A stretch of DNA of 64,000 nucleotides from the NCBI GenBank assembly GCA_016788295.1, contig JAEUSY010000021.1:1417-65416 (forward strand), in the 5' to 3' direction. This DNA comes from Flavobacteriales bacterium (lineage in GTDB: Bacteria; Bacteroidota; Bacteroidia; Flavobacteriales_F; PHOS-HE28). A program made the translations under genes and the position numbers. Shown piece by piece: positions 37,859 to 51,300 of this stretch (its first letter is position 1; each line of letters opens with the position of its first letter). Below the pieces are notes generated by a model that was given only the letters and a program-made list of their open reading frames with translations, was not told the origin of the DNA and searched no databases.

Positions 37859-38657
37859 TCGGGAAATCCTTGGCCCGCACATCCGCCACGTAGGACGAAA
37901 TGGCGCCCGTGATCACATCGTGCAGATCGGCGTAGCGGCGCAGGAAACGCGGCCTGAACTCGGTGTTGATGCCAAGCATATCGTGCAGCACCAATACCTG
38001 TCCATCGACCCCCTGCCCTGCACCAATGCCAATGACAGGAATGGACACACTGCGCGCCACTTCGGCGGCCAACGCGGCGGGTATCTTCTCCAGAACCAGG
38101 GCAAAGCAGCCGGCCTGCTCCAACAGTTTGGCATCCTCGCGCAAACGCTGGGCCTCGGCCTCTTCCTTGGCGCGCACCACGTAGGTGCCGAACTTGTAAA
38201 TGCTCTGCGGTGTAAGGCCCAGGTGGCCCATCACGGGGATGCCTGCGGTGAGGATCCGCTCAATGGAGCCCAACACTTCACGACCGCCTTCCAGCTTCAC
38301 GGCATGTGCACCGCTCTCCTTCATGATCCGGATGGCCGAATTGAGCGCCCCCTTGCTGTTCCCTTGATACGTACCGAACGGCAGATCGACCACGATCAGC
38401 GCCCGGTGGCAGCCGCGCACCACGCTGCCAGCATGATATATCATTTGGTCCAAGGTGATGGGAAGGGTGGTCTCATGACCAGCCATCACATTCGAGGCGC
38501 TGTCGCCAACGAGGATCACGTCCACACCGGCCGAGTCCACCAAGCGGGCCAGCGAATAATCGTAGGCCGTAAGCATGGCAATGGGCGTACCCCTGTGCTT
38601 CATTTCCTGGAGCACATGGGTGGTTACACGCTTTACGTCCTTCAGGCTGGTGCTCAT
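37839..38657 (-). CDS. panB: 3-methyl-2-oxobutanoate hydroxymethyltransferase
   Basis: 272 aa; '[28 protein letters not shown]', 'KLEGG', 'GHLGLTPQS'. Confidence 0.95.
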   Translation of the reverse strand: MSTSLKDVKRVTTHVLQEMKHRGTPIAMLTAYDYSLARLVDSAGVDVILVGDSASNVMAGHETTLPITLDQMIYHAGSVVRGCHRALIVVDLPFGTYQGNSKGALNSAIRIMKESGAHAVKLEGGREVLGSIERILTAGIPVMGHLGLTPQSIYKFGTYVVRAKEEAEAQRLREDAKLLEQAGCFALVLEKIPAALAAEVARSVSIPVIGIGAGQGVDGQVLVLHDMLGINTEFRPRFLRRYADLHDVITGAISSYVADVRAKDFPNAGEQY

Positions 38658-38821
38658 TGCGGCTGGTGGCTTTGTAGAGGTCGGTCCAAAGCTAAGACCC
38701 TATCCTTGGCCCCGGAGGCCACCATGTGGCACCGGTAATTCGGCATTGGGCGCCGTTCCCCGTTCGTTCCCCGGGTTGGCCCACATCCGGCTATATTTGA
38801 CGGCCCTGCATTAGGCAGTCC

Positions 38822-39928
38822 ATGCAACGCACACTCCTCATCCTCGCCGCCGCTGCCACCATGGCCGGCTGTAGCACCGATCTCGATATCAACGCACCGT
38901 ACAAGGACGTGACCGTGGTCTACGGCCTGCTGAACATGCGCGATTCGGTGCATTATGTGAAGATCAACAAGGCCTTCCTTGGCGAAGGCAATGCCTTTGT
39001 TTATGCGGCCATTCGCGATTCCAGCGAATACCGGGATGAGGATATCACACAGGCCGTGGTCTACCGCGTGAACAGCGCCGGAACACCGGTGGATTCGTTC
39101 CTGCTGCGTGATACCCTGCTGACCGGACGACTGCCCGGCGACTTCTATTACCCCGAGCAGAAGGTGTACTACTTCAATACGCCCCAACGGATCATCAACC
39201 CCAGCGGTACACCCCAGATCAGTTCAGGGCCCACGTTCCTTTACCAGAACGGCATTTACAAGCTGAAGCTGAAGATCAAGGGTCGTGATGTGACCTCCAC
39301 CTCGAACATTGCCAGCGATATCACCATTGCCTCCAACGACCAGGATACGCTGAACAGCGCCTCGGCCATCAACTTCATGAACCCCCTTGGCAACGGATAC
39401 GGCATCTACGAGTTCAACTGGACCTCCTCCATATCGGGTATCCCATGGACCAATAAACGATTTGTGGTGACCTTGGACTTCAAGTTCGATGAGGTTCGTG
39501 GCGGTGTATCCCAACGCATCGTGAAGAGCCGGGAGCTTGGTACCGTGGTGGCCACGGCTGCTTCACAACCGTTGGCCGTCACCCTTCCCGGAGAGACCTT
39601 CTACAGCTGGTTGCGCAACTCGATCCCGGACGACCCGGCCGTGGACCAACGCATTTTCCGCGGAATTGATTTCCGCGTGGATGCCGCCAACGAGGACTTC
39701 CACACTTACCTGACCCTCACGGAACCCATCTCCAGCATCGTGGAAGACCGTCCCCAGTATTCCAACATCGATGGGGCCTATGGCCTATGGGCCAGCCGGT
39801 ACTACAAGAACGTGGTGAACAAGCGCCTGAACCCCGCATCGCTCAACGAGCTGATCAACGGCACCTACACCTCCACCATGAGGTTCTGCTCGGGATTCAA
39901 CTCCGGGCCGCCCTACGGCTGTAACTGA
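38822..39928 (+). CDS. hypothetical lipoprotein
   Basis: 368 aa; lipobox 'LAAAATMAGCSTD'. Confidence 0.4.
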   Translation: MQRTLLILAAAATMAGCSTDLDINAPYKDVTVVYGLLNMRDSVHYVKINKAFLGEGNAFVYAAIRDSSEYRDEDITQAVVYRVNSAGTPVDSFLLRDTLLTGRLPGDFYYPEQKVYYFNTPQRIINPSGTPQISSGPTFLYQNGIYKLKLKIKGRDVTSTSNIASDITIASNDQDTLNSASAINFMNPLGNGYGIYEFNWTSSISGIPWTNKRFVVTLDFKFDEVRGGVSQRIVKSRELGTVVATAASQPLAVTLPGETFYSWLRNSIPDDPAVDQRIFRGIDFRVDAANEDFHTYLTLTEPISSIVEDRPQYSNIDGAYGLWASRYYKNVVNKRLNPASLNELINGTYTSTMRFCSGFNSGPPYGCN

Positions 39929-40067
39929 CGATCTGTCCTTTTGGCAGAGTTGTCGGCAGGGCTTCCTGGCCAGACACAGTGATCCTGTCATGAATATCGC
40001 TTCCCTGACAGATGGCATATCCCTTGCCAAGGGCCTGCCATCTGAAAACAGCTAAGCAACCTACGAC

Positions 40068-41966
40068 ATGAGCAAGATCATCGGGATCGATCTGGGAACC
40101 ACCAACAGCTGCGTATCCGTAATGGAGGGCAACGAGCCGGTGGTGATCGCCAACAGCGAAGGAAAACGTACCACACCCAGCGTTGTGGCCTTTGTGGAAG
40201 GTGGCGAACGTAAGGTGGGCGACCCGGCCAAGCGCCAGGCCATCACCAACCCCACGAACACGATCTTCTCCATCAAGCGCTTCATGGGCAACTCGTACGA
40301 CGAGAGCTCCAAGGAAGCATCGCGCGTGCCCTACAAAGTGGAGCGCGGCCCGAACAACACGCCCCGCGTGCAGATCGGCGACCGCCAGTACACGCCGCAG
40401 GAGATCAGCGCCATGGTGCTGCAGAAAATGAAGAAGACCGCCGAGGACTACCTCGGCACCACCGTATCCGAGGCCGTGATCACGGTGCCTGCCTACTTCA
40501 ACGATGCCCAGCGCCAAGCCACCAAGGAAGCCGGTGAGATCGCCGGCCTGAAGGTGCGCCGCATCATCAATGAACCGACCGCTGCCGCACTGGCGTACGG
40601 TCTGGATAAGAAAGGCATCGACCAGAAGATCGTGGTGTTCGACTGCGGTGGTGGTACGCACGACGTGAGCGTGCTGGAACTGGGCGATGGCGTGTTCGAA
40701 GTGAAGGCCACCGATGGTGATACCCACCTGGGTGGTGATGACTTCGACCAAGTGATCATCGACTGGTTGGCCGATGAGTTCAAGAGCCAGTACAGCATCG
40801 ACCTGCGCAAGGACCCCATGGCCCTGCAGCGCCTGAAGGATGCGGCCGAAAAGGCCAAGATCGAACTGAGCAGCACCACGAGCTCGGAGATCAACCTGCC
40901 TTACATCATGCCCGTGGACGGTGTGCCGCAGCACTTGGTGCGCAGCCTCACCCGTGCCAAGTTCGAGCAACTGGCCGACAGCCTGATCAAGCGCACCATC
41001 GCACCCTGCGAGAGCGCGTTGAAGAACGCCGGACTGAAGACCAGCGACATCGACGAGGTGATCCTGGTGGGGGGCAGCACCCGCATCCCTGCGATCCAGG
41101 AGGCAGTGAAGAAGTTCTTCGGCAAAGAGCCCAGCAAGGGTGTGAACCCCGATGAAGTGGTGGCCGTGGGCGCCGCCATTCAGGGTGGTGTGCTCACTGG
41201 TGAAGTGAAGGACGTGCTCCTGCTCGATGTGACCCCGCTGAGCCTGGGCATCGAGACCATGGGCGGCGTAATGACCAAATTGATCGAGGCGAACACCACG
41301 ATCCCCACCAAGAAGAGCGAGACCTTCAGCACGGCCAGCGACAACCAGCCGAGCGTGGAGATCCATGTGCTGCAGGGCGAACGCCCCATGGCCAGCGGAA
41401 ACCGTACCATCGGACGCTTCCACCTCGATGGCATTCCCCCCGCACCGCGTGGCGTGCCCCAGATCGAAGTGACCTTCGACATCGATGCCAACGGTATCCT
41501 GCATGTGGGCGCCAAGGACAAAGCCACCGGCAAGGAGCAGAGCATCCGCATTGAGGCCAGCAGCGGACTCAGCAAGGAGGACATCGAAAAAATGAAGCAG
41601 GAGGCCGAGGCCAACGCCGATGCTGACAAGGCCACCCGCGAACGCGTGGACAAGCTGAACGCAGCGGACAGCCTCATCTTCCAGACCGAGAAGAGCCTGA
41701 AGGAGTACGGCGACAAGATCCCGGCCGAGAAAAAGCAACCCATTGAGGATGCCCTGACGCGTCTGAAGGACGCTCACAAGGCACAGGACGTTGATGCATG
41801 CGAAAAGCTGATGGGCGAACTGAACACTGCATTCGGTGCAGCCAGCGAAGAGATGTACAAGGCCACCCAGGAAGGTCAGGCCAATGGTGGTGCCAACAAC
41901 ACCAGCAGCACCGCCGATGCCGATGTGACCGATGTGGACTTCGAGGAAGTGAAGGAAACGAAATAA
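40068..41966 (+). CDS. dnaK: molecular chaperone DnaK (Hsp70)
   Basis: 632 aa; '[13 protein letters not shown]', '[14 protein letters not shown]', '[10 protein letters not shown]', C-terminal 'EEVKETK'. Confidence 0.98.
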   Translation: MSKIIGIDLGTTNSCVSVMEGNEPVVIANSEGKRTTPSVVAFVEGGERKVGDPAKRQAITNPTNTIFSIKRFMGNSYDESSKEASRVPYKVERGPNNTPRVQIGDRQYTPQEISAMVLQKMKKTAEDYLGTTVSEAVITVPAYFNDAQRQATKEAGEIAGLKVRRIINEPTAAALAYGLDKKGIDQKIVVFDCGGGTHDVSVLELGDGVFEVKATDGDTHLGGDDFDQVIIDWLADEFKSQYSIDLRKDPMALQRLKDAAEKAKIELSSTTSSEINLPYIMPVDGVPQHLVRSLTRAKFEQLADSLIKRTIAPCESALKNAGLKTSDIDEVILVGGSTRIPAIQEAVKKFFGKEPSKGVNPDEVVAVGAAIQGGVLTGEVKDVLLLDVTPLSLGIETMGGVMTKLIEANTTIPTKKSETFSTASDNQPSVEIHVLQGERPMASGNRTIGRFHLDGIPPAPRGVPQIEVTFDIDANGILHVGAKDKATGKEQSIRIEASSGLSKEDIEKMKQEAEANADADKATRERVDKLNAADSLIFQTEKSLKEYGDKIPAEKKQPIEDALTRLKDAHKAQDVDACEKLMGELNTAFGAASEEMYKATQEGQANGGANNTSSTADADVTDVDFEEVKETK

Positions 41967-41993
41967 GGTCCGGCCAAAACGCATCACAGAAGA

Positions 41994-42026
41994 AAGCCCC
42001 GTTGCTCGCGCAACGGGGCTTTCACA
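41994..42026 (+). terminator. rho-independent terminator after dnaK
   Basis: AAAGCCCCGTTG-ctcgcg-CAACGGGGCTTT. Confidence 0.7.
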
Positions 42027-42042
42027 TGCGAACGACCAGCGA

Positions 42043-42780
42043 CTATCGTGTGGTATGCACCTTACCGTCCACATGATCCTCTTCGCGCACCAATTGCCCT
42101 GAAGGATCAAAGAAGCTCCAGGTTCCAATACGGCGCGAATCCATACGCTGCGGATCATACTGCGACCTGCCGGATGCCTTCAGCGCTCCGCCGGGGTAAT
42201 ACTCCTTCTGCTCGAAGATCAGCTTGCGCTTATCCACCAAGGAAAGCAGGCTGATGGGCTTCCCGTCGGCCGCATACAGGTCCATTCGAATGAAGTACGG
42301 GTCCTTGCGACCACGTTCCTCTGCATAACGCAACTGGCCGTTCAGGTAATAGTCCTGGTAGCGATACACGGCCCCGTCCGCGTAATGGACCTCTGAACGG
42401 AGATTGCCGTTGGAATGCCATGAGCGCTGTACGCTGCGCGTGGCATCCAGCGCCTTGAACTCACGCTCCACTTGTCCGTTGGGATGAAAATTCCTATAGA
42501 TCACCAAACGTCCATCGGCGTATGAACCGCGGTGTTTCATGGACCCATCGGGATAGCGGTCCTCCACCCACCCAATGCATGGAAATCCACCGCAAAACCT
42601 CACCGAGTCGCCCCCAAGGGCAACGTTATACATCTCGTAGGCGTTCAGATCCGGAGCGGGATCATCACCGGGTTCGCCAATGGCGTAGTGTTCATCGTAG
42701 GCCAGCAACAACGTATCGGGCTGGGCCATCAATGGACCAACGGCAAGAGCCGCGACCCCTATGTAGAAGCAGACTTTCAT
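42043..42780 (-). CDS. MORN-repeat (YwqK-like) secreted protein
   Basis: ~245 aa from MKVCFYIGVAALAVGPLMAQ; repeated 'Y.DG...G....y..NGql' units. Confidence 0.45.
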   Translation of the reverse strand: MKVCFYIGVAALAVGPLMAQPDTLLLAYDEHYAIGEPGDDPAPDLNAYEMYNVALGGDSVRFCGGFPCIGWVEDRYPDGSMKHRGSYADGRLVIYRNFHPNGQVEREFKALDATRSVQRSWHSNGNLRSEVHYADGAVYRYQDYYLNGQLRYAEERGRKDPYFIRMDLYAADGKPISLLSLVDKRKLIFEQKEYYPGGALKASGRSQYDPQRMDSRRIGTWSFFDPSGQLVREEDHVDGKVHTTR

Positions 42781-42812
42781 GTGCCGGTTGAACGACACAA
42801 TGAACGCCTTGG

Positions 42813-44270
42813 TTACAGGCTCCGCCGGGCAATGCGCCAACCGAGCGCCCCCTGCAACATGGTCATCAGCGGACTGATGAGGTTGAAGAACGCGAAGGGG
42901 AGATAGGTCATGGTGGCCACACCAAGCACACCGCTCATATAGGCGCCACAGGTGTTCCAAGGAACCAAGGCACTGGTCACGGTGCCGCTATCCTCCAGCG
43001 TTCGGCTGAGCACCTTGGGGTCGAGCCCACGTTCACGGTAGACCGGCGCGAACATGCGACCGGGAACAACGATGCTCAAGTACTGATCACTGGCCGTTGC
43101 GTTCACGAACATACAGGACGCGGTGGTCGTGACGATCAGCGACCCGTCGCCTTTCACCATGGCCATAATGGCCCTTGTGAGGCGTTGCAATGAACCACTT
43201 CCTTCCATCGCCCCACCGAAGGTCATGGCACAAAGCACCAGCCAAATGGTCTTCAGCATACCGGCCATACCCTTTGAGGTCAGCAGGTCGTCGACAGTGG
43301 CGTTTCCCGTGACCACGCTGACACCGGAGCCCAGGGACCCGAGCACCACGCGATAGACACCACGCCAACCGTCCTCACCGGCCAGCTCCCTGATGAGCGG
43401 TGCTTGAAAGACAACGGCGAAAACGGCACCCAACAGCGCACCGATGAACAACGCAGGCAGGGCCGGGACCTTGCGCCAGATCATCAGCACCACGGCCAAA
43501 GGCACCAGATACAGTTCCCAACCAACTTGGAACTTGGAACGAATGGCGATCTGCAGATCATCCGCACCAGCTGTTGCCATGTTCACATCAATGAACAAAC
43601 CGATGCCGAGAAAGAGCGCCAACGCGATGAGCAAGCTGGGCACCGTGGTATTCAACATGTACCGGATGTGACTGAACAGATCGGTACCCGCCACGGCCGG
43701 CGCCAGATTGGTGGTATCGCTCAGCGGGCTCAGCTTATCACCGAAATAGGCACCGCTGATCACGGCACCGGCCACCAGCCCATCATGCAACCCCAGTGCC
43801 TTGCCAATGCCCATGAGCGCTATGCCTACTGTGGCAGCCGTGCTCCACGAACTACCGGTGGCCAGGGAGACCACGCTACATACCAGACACGCCGCCAAAA
43901 GGAACACTTTGGGCGATAGCAGTTGGAGACCATGATCGATCATGGTGGGTACGATACCGGCCAACATCCAAGTTCCGGCCAGTGCCCCAATGAGCAGCAG
44001 GATGAGGATAGCCCCCATGGCCGTATTGATGCTCCGCACGATGTGTTCCAACAGATCGGCGAACCGATGACCATTTATCAAAGCGATCACCAAGGCTGCT
44101 GCCGCCGCGAACAACAAGGCCAGTTGATTGGGCCCATCCAATCCCCCATCACCGAATACGATCACGTTCACCGCAAGCAGCACGACCAACACCAGCATGG
44201 GCAAGAGGGCCTGCCATAGGGATGGTTCGCGAGGGGGATGCATGGGTGCCGAAGATAGGGCACCAACCAA
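42813..44270 (-). CDS. nhaC: Na+/H+ antiporter NhaC family
   Basis: 485 aa polytopic; 'GSSWSTAATVGIALMGIG...AGAVISGAYFGDKLSPLSDTTNLA' is typical of NhaC. Confidence 0.8.
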   Translation of the reverse strand: MVGALSSAPMHPPREPSLWQALLPMLVLVVLLAVNVIVFGDGGLDGPNQLALLFAAAAALVIALINGHRFADLLEHIVRSINTAMGAILILLLIGALAGTWMLAGIVPTMIDHGLQLLSPKVFLLAACLVCSVVSLATGSSWSTAATVGIALMGIGKALGLHDGLVAGAVISGAYFGDKLSPLSDTTNLAPAVAGTDLFSHIRYMLNTTVPSLLIALALFLGIGLFIDVNMATAGADDLQIAIRSKFQVGWELYLVPLAVVLMIWRKVPALPALFIGALLGAVFAVVFQAPLIRELAGEDGWRGVYRVVLGSLGSGVSVVTGNATVDDLLTSKGMAGMLKTIWLVLCAMTFGGAMEGSGSLQRLTRAIMAMVKGDGSLIVTTTASCMFVNATASDQYLSIVVPGRMFAPVYRERGLDPKVLSRTLEDSGTVTSALVPWNTCGAYMSGVLGVATMTYLPFAFFNLISPLMTMLQGALGWRIARRSL

Positions 44271-44725
44271 TCAGACCAGGAAATGGGATCGGCCAAGACG
44301 CACCCCGATCAATATGGTTGCCTGTCGATGAAATATTGATATTCAAAGGTTGACATCGCCCCCTTGTCGAGTTTAGTTTCACCCGCCCGAGCATTTCACC
44401 TTAACCCAAACCCTCAGAGGATCAACCGCATGTACGATCGTCAACCGCCCCTCTGTTCTGTTCGGCTTGGTTGATCTTGTGCCTAGGATATGCTGCATAC
44501 GGAACGAACAACCGGAGGAGCGATCTGTCGCCTATCGTGGGGCGGACCGCCCCATACCTCTGGCAGACCCGGTGCCACATAGGCCAGCGCGATGAACAGT
44601 ACGAGCGAACTGCCCGACGGCGGTCTTTCACCACAAAACGAAAAGTGATCACAAGCCGATAAGACCCGGACTCTGTCCTACACCCTTTTGACTCGATCAG
44701 AAGAACTCTTAAATCCCCCTGCTAC

Positions 44726-45256
44726 ATGAAACGAACGCCCTTACTGCTACTAACGCTGGTCCTTATGCTTTGCCCGTTCCTTGGCAAGGCACAAGGCCCC
44801 TTGCCGGTGCGCGTGGATGCGTCCCTGGCTGCCCAGTTCATTCAGGCACACCCTGAACATGCCAGGGCCTTTGCTTTTGATAAGAGCAGCGGTTCTGCCA
44901 ATTGTTCGGATGCTGCCGCACTTGCTGCCTTTGACAAGTTCAAAAAGGACCTTCCTACGCTCACTCTGGAGCAGGTATCGGGACAAACTGCAACAGGCAA
45001 CAACAGTGCGCCTATTCCTGCCGATCCCAGTGGTGAACCCCATGGTGATCCAGCCGGTCCGTCATCCCCGAATGGCCCGCAGTCGGCGTCGTTGAACACA
45101 GGAGCAGCAGAGAGCAACTCCATGGCGCCCTTGTCAGGTACGGCAACGCTAAAGGTGGAAAGCGTGGATCCCACCAGTGTTGTAGTTGAGGTTGAACGTG
45201 CAAGCGCTTATGGCGTGCAGGCAACGGACCGACCAACGCACGAACAGCCCAAGTGA
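44726..45256 (+). CDS. secreted low-complexity hypothetical protein
   Basis: 176 aa; signal peptide 'LLLLTLVLMLCPFLGKAQG'. Confidence 0.35.
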   Translation: MKRTPLLLLTLVLMLCPFLGKAQGPLPVRVDASLAAQFIQAHPEHARAFAFDKSSGSANCSDAAALAAFDKFKKDLPTLTLEQVSGQTATGNNSAPIPADPSGEPHGDPAGPSSPNGPQSASLNTGAAESNSMAPLSGTATLKVESVDPTSVVVEVERASAYGVQATDRPTHEQPK

Positions 45257-45347
45257 CCAACTGAACCTTGCCGATGGTGGACCTCTTCTGCGTGTTAGGA
45301 AGCGCGGGAGGCCAGGTCTGTCACGATCAGATCAAAACCCATTGAAC

Positions 45348-48300
45348 ATGAGACCAAATAACCCATTGCGCTACATACTGCGCTCCCTGCTTGTGCTGTT
45401 GGCCGCAGCGCTTGGCACTACCGCATCCGCCCAGGTCAGTACGAACAGCGGCTCCGGATTGAACCCGACGTATCCGGACCTGGCGGCCGCAATAACGGCG
45501 CTGAACAGCGCCAGCATTACCAGCCCGGTAGTGATCACCCTGACGGGCAACGAGACGGCACCCGCTGGCGGGTATGTCATCACAGCTGAGGGTTCTGCGA
45601 CAAACACCATCACCATTCAAGGAAGCGGAAGCACGCTCACGGCCAGCGGCTCGCTCACGGCTGGCAACCTGAACGATGGGATCTTCAAGCTCGTTGGAGG
45701 TGATTGGATCACGATCCAGGGCTTTACCATGCAGGAGAACCCTGCGAACACCACAACGGCTGCTGCAAGCAACAACATGACGGAATGGGGCGTTGCCCTG
45801 CTCTATGCCAGCAACACGAACGGTGCACAGAACAACACCATCCAGAACAACACCATCGCGCTGAACCGCACGTATGGCAACACTTTCGGGGTGTACAGCA
45901 ACGTGCGCCACATTGATGGACCGACCTCGGCGAACGTGACCACGCTCGCCGATATCGCGAACAACACCACGGCCCCGAACAGCGGGAACAAGGTTTACGG
46001 CAACACCATCAGCAACGTGAACCATGGCATTGTGTTCGTGGGCTCTCCGACCGCTGCCAATATGGATCAAGGCAACGACATTGGCGGTGCCTCGGCAGGC
46101 ACGGGCAACAACATCACAGCCTATGGTGGCTTGGCGGCCGCAACGGCCTACGCCGGCTATCCGACAACGATCATCGCAGGCGCGTATTTGTTGAACCAGA
46201 ACAACTTCAACCTCTCCTTCAACTCCTTCATCAGCGCAAGCCTTAACACGGCCACCGCGCTGCGGGGCATTCTGACCGATTACTCGGTGGCACCCATCGG
46301 AGCGATAACCAACACGGTCCTTAGCAACACTGTGACCTTTACCCAAGCGGGTGCCGCCGGTGTACAAGGCATCACCACGGCAGGGGGCTTCCCGATGTCG
46401 AACGTGACCACCAATGTGAATGGGAACAGCTTCGTGAATAACGTGATCACAGGCAATGCCGGCATGTTCGGGATCGCCAACCTTGGTCAGTTCGGCACGC
46501 TGAACATGAACAACAACATCGTCAGCGGCAACACGAGCGCTGCCACCACCCTGGGTTTCACGGGCATCACCAACCAGGGTGCGGTGATCAACACGATAAA
46601 TATCCAGAACAACCAGGTCGGTACCGAATCGACCAATGCGGTGACGTTCTCCACAGCAACTACCGCAGGCATCACCGGCATCAGCAACACGCAAGGCACG
46701 GCAACGACGACGTTGAACATAACCGGCAACTTCCTGCGACGTTTCAGCCTCGTTACGACCGGGCAGTTCGCGGGTATTATCCAATCCAGTGCGAACATCG
46801 GCGTTGCCATCAACCTGAACAACAACAATCTGGGGACCACAACAGCCAATCTGTACACGTACAGCGGGGCTTCAACCAATACGGTCTTCGGTATCGTGAA
46901 CGCAGCAGGTGCCGCCACGGCAACCCTGAACATGACCGGCAACAACATCACGGGGCTTGTACATACGTTGGCGAGGACCGCAGGTGGTCATAACTACTAT
47001 AACAACCAGACCTTCACTGGTTCCACCAACATCAGTAACAACACGATCACCAATGTCACGGACAATTCGGCAGGCACATCGGCCGTGACCATGATCAGCA
47101 ATAGTGTGAGCCATGCCGCAGGCACTACGCATACGGTGAGCAACAACGCGATCGTGGGCAGCTACACCAAGACCGGCGGCAGTGGCCAGATCGCATATTA
47201 CAATTCCTTCGGCTCATCGTCCAGCGCAGTAACGGAGATCAATAATGGCAACAACTTCTCCAACATGAACTTCACCGGAACAACCGGAACGAACATCGGT
47301 TGGCGAAGCGCGGACGGTGCTACACCCGGGTCCAGGAAGACGGTCACGAACAATACGTTCAGCAATATCACAGGCGGCACCGGCGCGATGAGCTCGGTGC
47401 TCTATGTGGGTTTCAGCGACAACACCTTTGCCGGGAACAACGTGAGCGGCAACGTGATCAGCAACATCACGAACGGGAACAGTATCACTGGCATCTTTAG
47501 CGACGGTCAGAACCAGAACTTCTTCAGCAATACGATCGCGGGATTATCGGCCACGGGTGCCAGCGCCATTGTGAACGGCATCTCGCTCACCGGGGCCACA
47601 GTGCAGAACGTGTTCAAGAACAAGATCTACGATCTGCAGGCGAACGGGGCAACCGCCACGGTGAACGGGATCGTTGTATCTGCGGGCGCCACGGTGAACA
47701 TCCACAACAACCTGATCGGCGATCTGCGCGCACCGAGCACAAGTAGTGCAACCGACGCGGTCCGAGGCATCAGCATCACCTCGGCCACAGCGAACGCGAC
47801 GAACAGTGTTTTCTACAACACCATTTACCTGAATGCGACCTCAAGCGGTGCCAACTTCAGCACAGCGGGTGTATTCCATACGGCGAATGCAACAGCCACC
47901 ACGGGGCGTCTGGAGCTCCGCAACAATAGCATCACCAACCTTTCCACCCCGAACGGAACAGGTAACGTGGCGGCATTCAGGCGCAGTTCTGGCGCTGCTG
48001 GAACCCTGAGCAACTATGCGGCCAGCTCGAACAATAACATGCTCTATGCCGGCACACCAGGCGCCAGCACACTGATCTATGCCGATGGGACCAGCACAGC
48101 CCAAACGCTGACAGATTACCAGAACGGCATATTCACGGCCGGTACGGTTGCCCCGCGCGATGCTGCTTCCGTCTCGGGCGACATAACCGCCCAGTTCCTC
48201 AGCACATCCGGTGCAAGTCCGCTATACCTGCACATGGATCCGTTCACACCGACCATTCTGGATGATGCTGGCTCTTTCGTGGCATCCGTGCTTGATGATT

Positions 48301-51300
48301 TCGATGGCAACATCCGCAGCGTGACCACACCTGAGATCGGAGCTGATGAGATATTGGTCCCTTGTGTAGGCACACCGACACCCGGCAACACCACTGCGAG
48401 CGTGAGCAGCGCATGCGTTGGCCAATCGATCACCCTCGGATTGCAGAATGCGAGCACTGGCGATGGTATTAGCTACGCATGGGAATTCGACAACGGCGGC
48501 GGCTGGACAGCCTTCGGCACCAACGCACCCACACAGGTGGTAACCCAATCCGTTGGCACCAGTTACCGTTGCACGGTGAGCTGTTCGGGTGGCGGTAGCG
48601 CAACGAGCGGAGTGATCAGTGTGCCCATGTCCGCTCCTTTCCCAGTGGACTTCGCGCCCTTGACCTTTGCTCCCAACTGCTGGAGCGCCACGGTGAATGC
48701 CAACCTGCTGCGTGCAGCATCCAATGCGTTCAGCGAACCTGGCAGCGGTTCGGCACAATGGAACTTCTACAGCGCGACGAACAACACCATTCTAAGCCTT
48801 ACCAGTCCCACGTTCACACCTGTTGGCGCTGGCCAACAGATACGCTTCGATGTGGCTGGAACGACCTACACTGGCGGCGAGATCGACTCCATCGCTGTCG
48901 AGGTATCGTCCAACGGCGGAACCACTTGGGCCCTGCTCCAAGGCATGTCGAACAACGTGGGTGGCCTGTTGAACACCGCCATCCCGCAAACAGCCAACTT
49001 CGTACCCACGGGTGCGCAATGGAACAGGCTTGCTTTCCCGGTACCGGCCGGCACCGACCGGATCCGATTCCGTGGTCGTTCCAACTTCGGCAACAGCGTA
49101 TACATCGATAACATCGTACTGGAACCAGTACCGACCTGCGTTGCGCCCAGCGGGGTAGCGGCAATTGGAACGTCAACAACTACGGCTAACCTTACTTGGA
49201 ACGGTACCGGCAACTTCATCGTGGAATACGGCCCTGCGGCCACCTTCACCATACCAGGCACCGGTGCTTCCCAAGGACCCGAAGGAACCAGCACGGTAGT
49301 GACCGGTGTGTCTTCGCCCTATACCATCCCCGGCCTCGTACACCCCACTCAATACCGCGTATACGTCCGTCGTGATTGCACGGGGTCCAACGAGGGATAC
49401 AGCATCAACAGCCCTGGCATCACGTTCTACTCGCAGCCACCTTACGACCAGTGCGAGAGCATTACCTCCTTCCCAAGTGTTGGTGCCGGAGGCAGCATCC
49501 TGCTCTCGGGCAACAACTTCGGAGCCACGGATTCCGAAGGCTTTGGCCAGCTGGTATCCTGGGAAGCGTTCACGCTCACCAGCTGTGTCACCACGCTGAA
49601 CATTGATTACTGCGGCAGCACGCCTGCCCGCACCAATGCTTTTGTGAACCTGTTCGTTGGTTGCCCCCAGTCCGCAGGCTTCATCCCCTGGACCGGCACT
49701 GCAGGCCCTGCCTGTCCCAACGGCAGCGTGAACGTTCCATACGCGAACGTACCTGCCGGAACGTACTACATCGCGATCATGAACCAGACAGGTGCTTCGG
49801 GACCTTACGGTATCACAGTGACGGCCGGTGCGGCATGTCCACCTGCACCAGACAATGACCTGTGCAGCAATGCGACACCCATCACCTGTGGCCAAACCCT
49901 GAGCGGAACCACTGTGAACGCCACTACCACGGGTGCGCCGGCCACGCTGTGCAACGGGCTCCTCAACAACACCTCGGGTGGAGTTTGGTACCAGGTCTCC
50001 GGTGTTTGCGGCAGCGTAACAGCTTCGTTGTGCACCACTGTGCCGACCTGGAACTCGAAACTGGCGGTGTACAGTGGCGCTTGCGGTAGCCTTACCTGCG
50101 TGACCACCAACGATGACTTCTGTGGCACGCTCAGCCAAGCCACTTGGACCGCTGATGCTTCACTGACCTACTACATCTACGTGTTGGGCGTGAACGTGAG
50201 CACTTCGGGTACTTTCGATCTGGCGCTCACCTGCGCGAACACCGCAGTGCAGGCATCGGCCACCGCGGTCGATGATTGTGCGAACGATCAGTTCAGCGTA
50301 CCGGTGAACATTACCGGACTTGGCGGTGCCGCTTCGGCCACCATCAATTACAGCGTTAACGGAACGCCCCAGACCCCGCTCAGTGGGTTGGGCATCGGTG
50401 TCACCAACCTCGGCCCCTTCGCGGCCGGAGCTGAAGTGGCCATTACGGTGAGCAATGGTGTTGCGGGTTGTGCCACGAACCTTGGCAGCTACTACAGCAA
50501 CTGCCCGGTCACCATCACCTGCGGATCAACGCTCGTGGTGAACCATTGCTACACCAACAACGATACGCGCACTTGGACCTTCAACTCACCCGTTCTCGGA
50601 GAGACCGTTACCGTGACCTTCGTTGCGGGCACCATGGCCCCGAACGATGTGGTGCGCATCTACGATGGTGTGGACAATACGGGCAGCGTTCTGGTGAGCG
50701 GCAACTTCGCCAGCCTCCCTGGTGTTACCGCCACATCCACCGGACAGAGCATCTTCATTGAGATCGATAGCGATGCGAGCGGAAGCTGCTTCACGGGTGG
50801 TGCCACCTCATGGCAGTTCGAAGTGGAATGCACCGCGGGTTGCACCGATCCGGACGGCGTTGTTTCGCCGAACGTGAACTGCGCCACCTACAGCTTCACG
50901 CTGGATATTGAGATCCTGGGCACGGGCGACGCGGCCACCACCGATCTGGTCTACACCGTGAACGGTGGCAGCCCCATCACCATCCCCGGCCTGGACTTCG
51001 ATAGCGGCATCCAGACCATTGGCCCCTGGCCGATCGGCACCACCATCAACGTGGTACTGGAACACGAGACCGATGGAGCCTGCAACAAGAACCTGGGCAA
51101 CTTCACACCAGGACTTGCCTGTCCGCCTCCTGGAACCTCTTGCGCACTGCCGTTCCAAGTGAACAGCTATCCCTTTACGCAGAGCAACACCACTTGCGGC
51201 AAGGGCAACAACGTGGTCGGCACACAGTGTGGGCTGGGCGCCAACTATGGCGGTGGTGAGGACTTCGTGTACCAATTGAACATCAGCAGCGCGGGTGATT

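Noticed and set aside
40061-41743. Antisense ORFs inside dnaK
   Set aside because: dnaK is unambiguous, and the antisense ORFs have low-complexity composition.
44271-44725. 76-aa minus-strand ORF (44422..44652) and a possible ncRNA in the nhaC / 44726 intergenic region
   Set aside because: The ORF is Arg-rich with no family resemblance. No conserved RNA motif is recognisable by eye. Only the 17-nt palindrome is reported.
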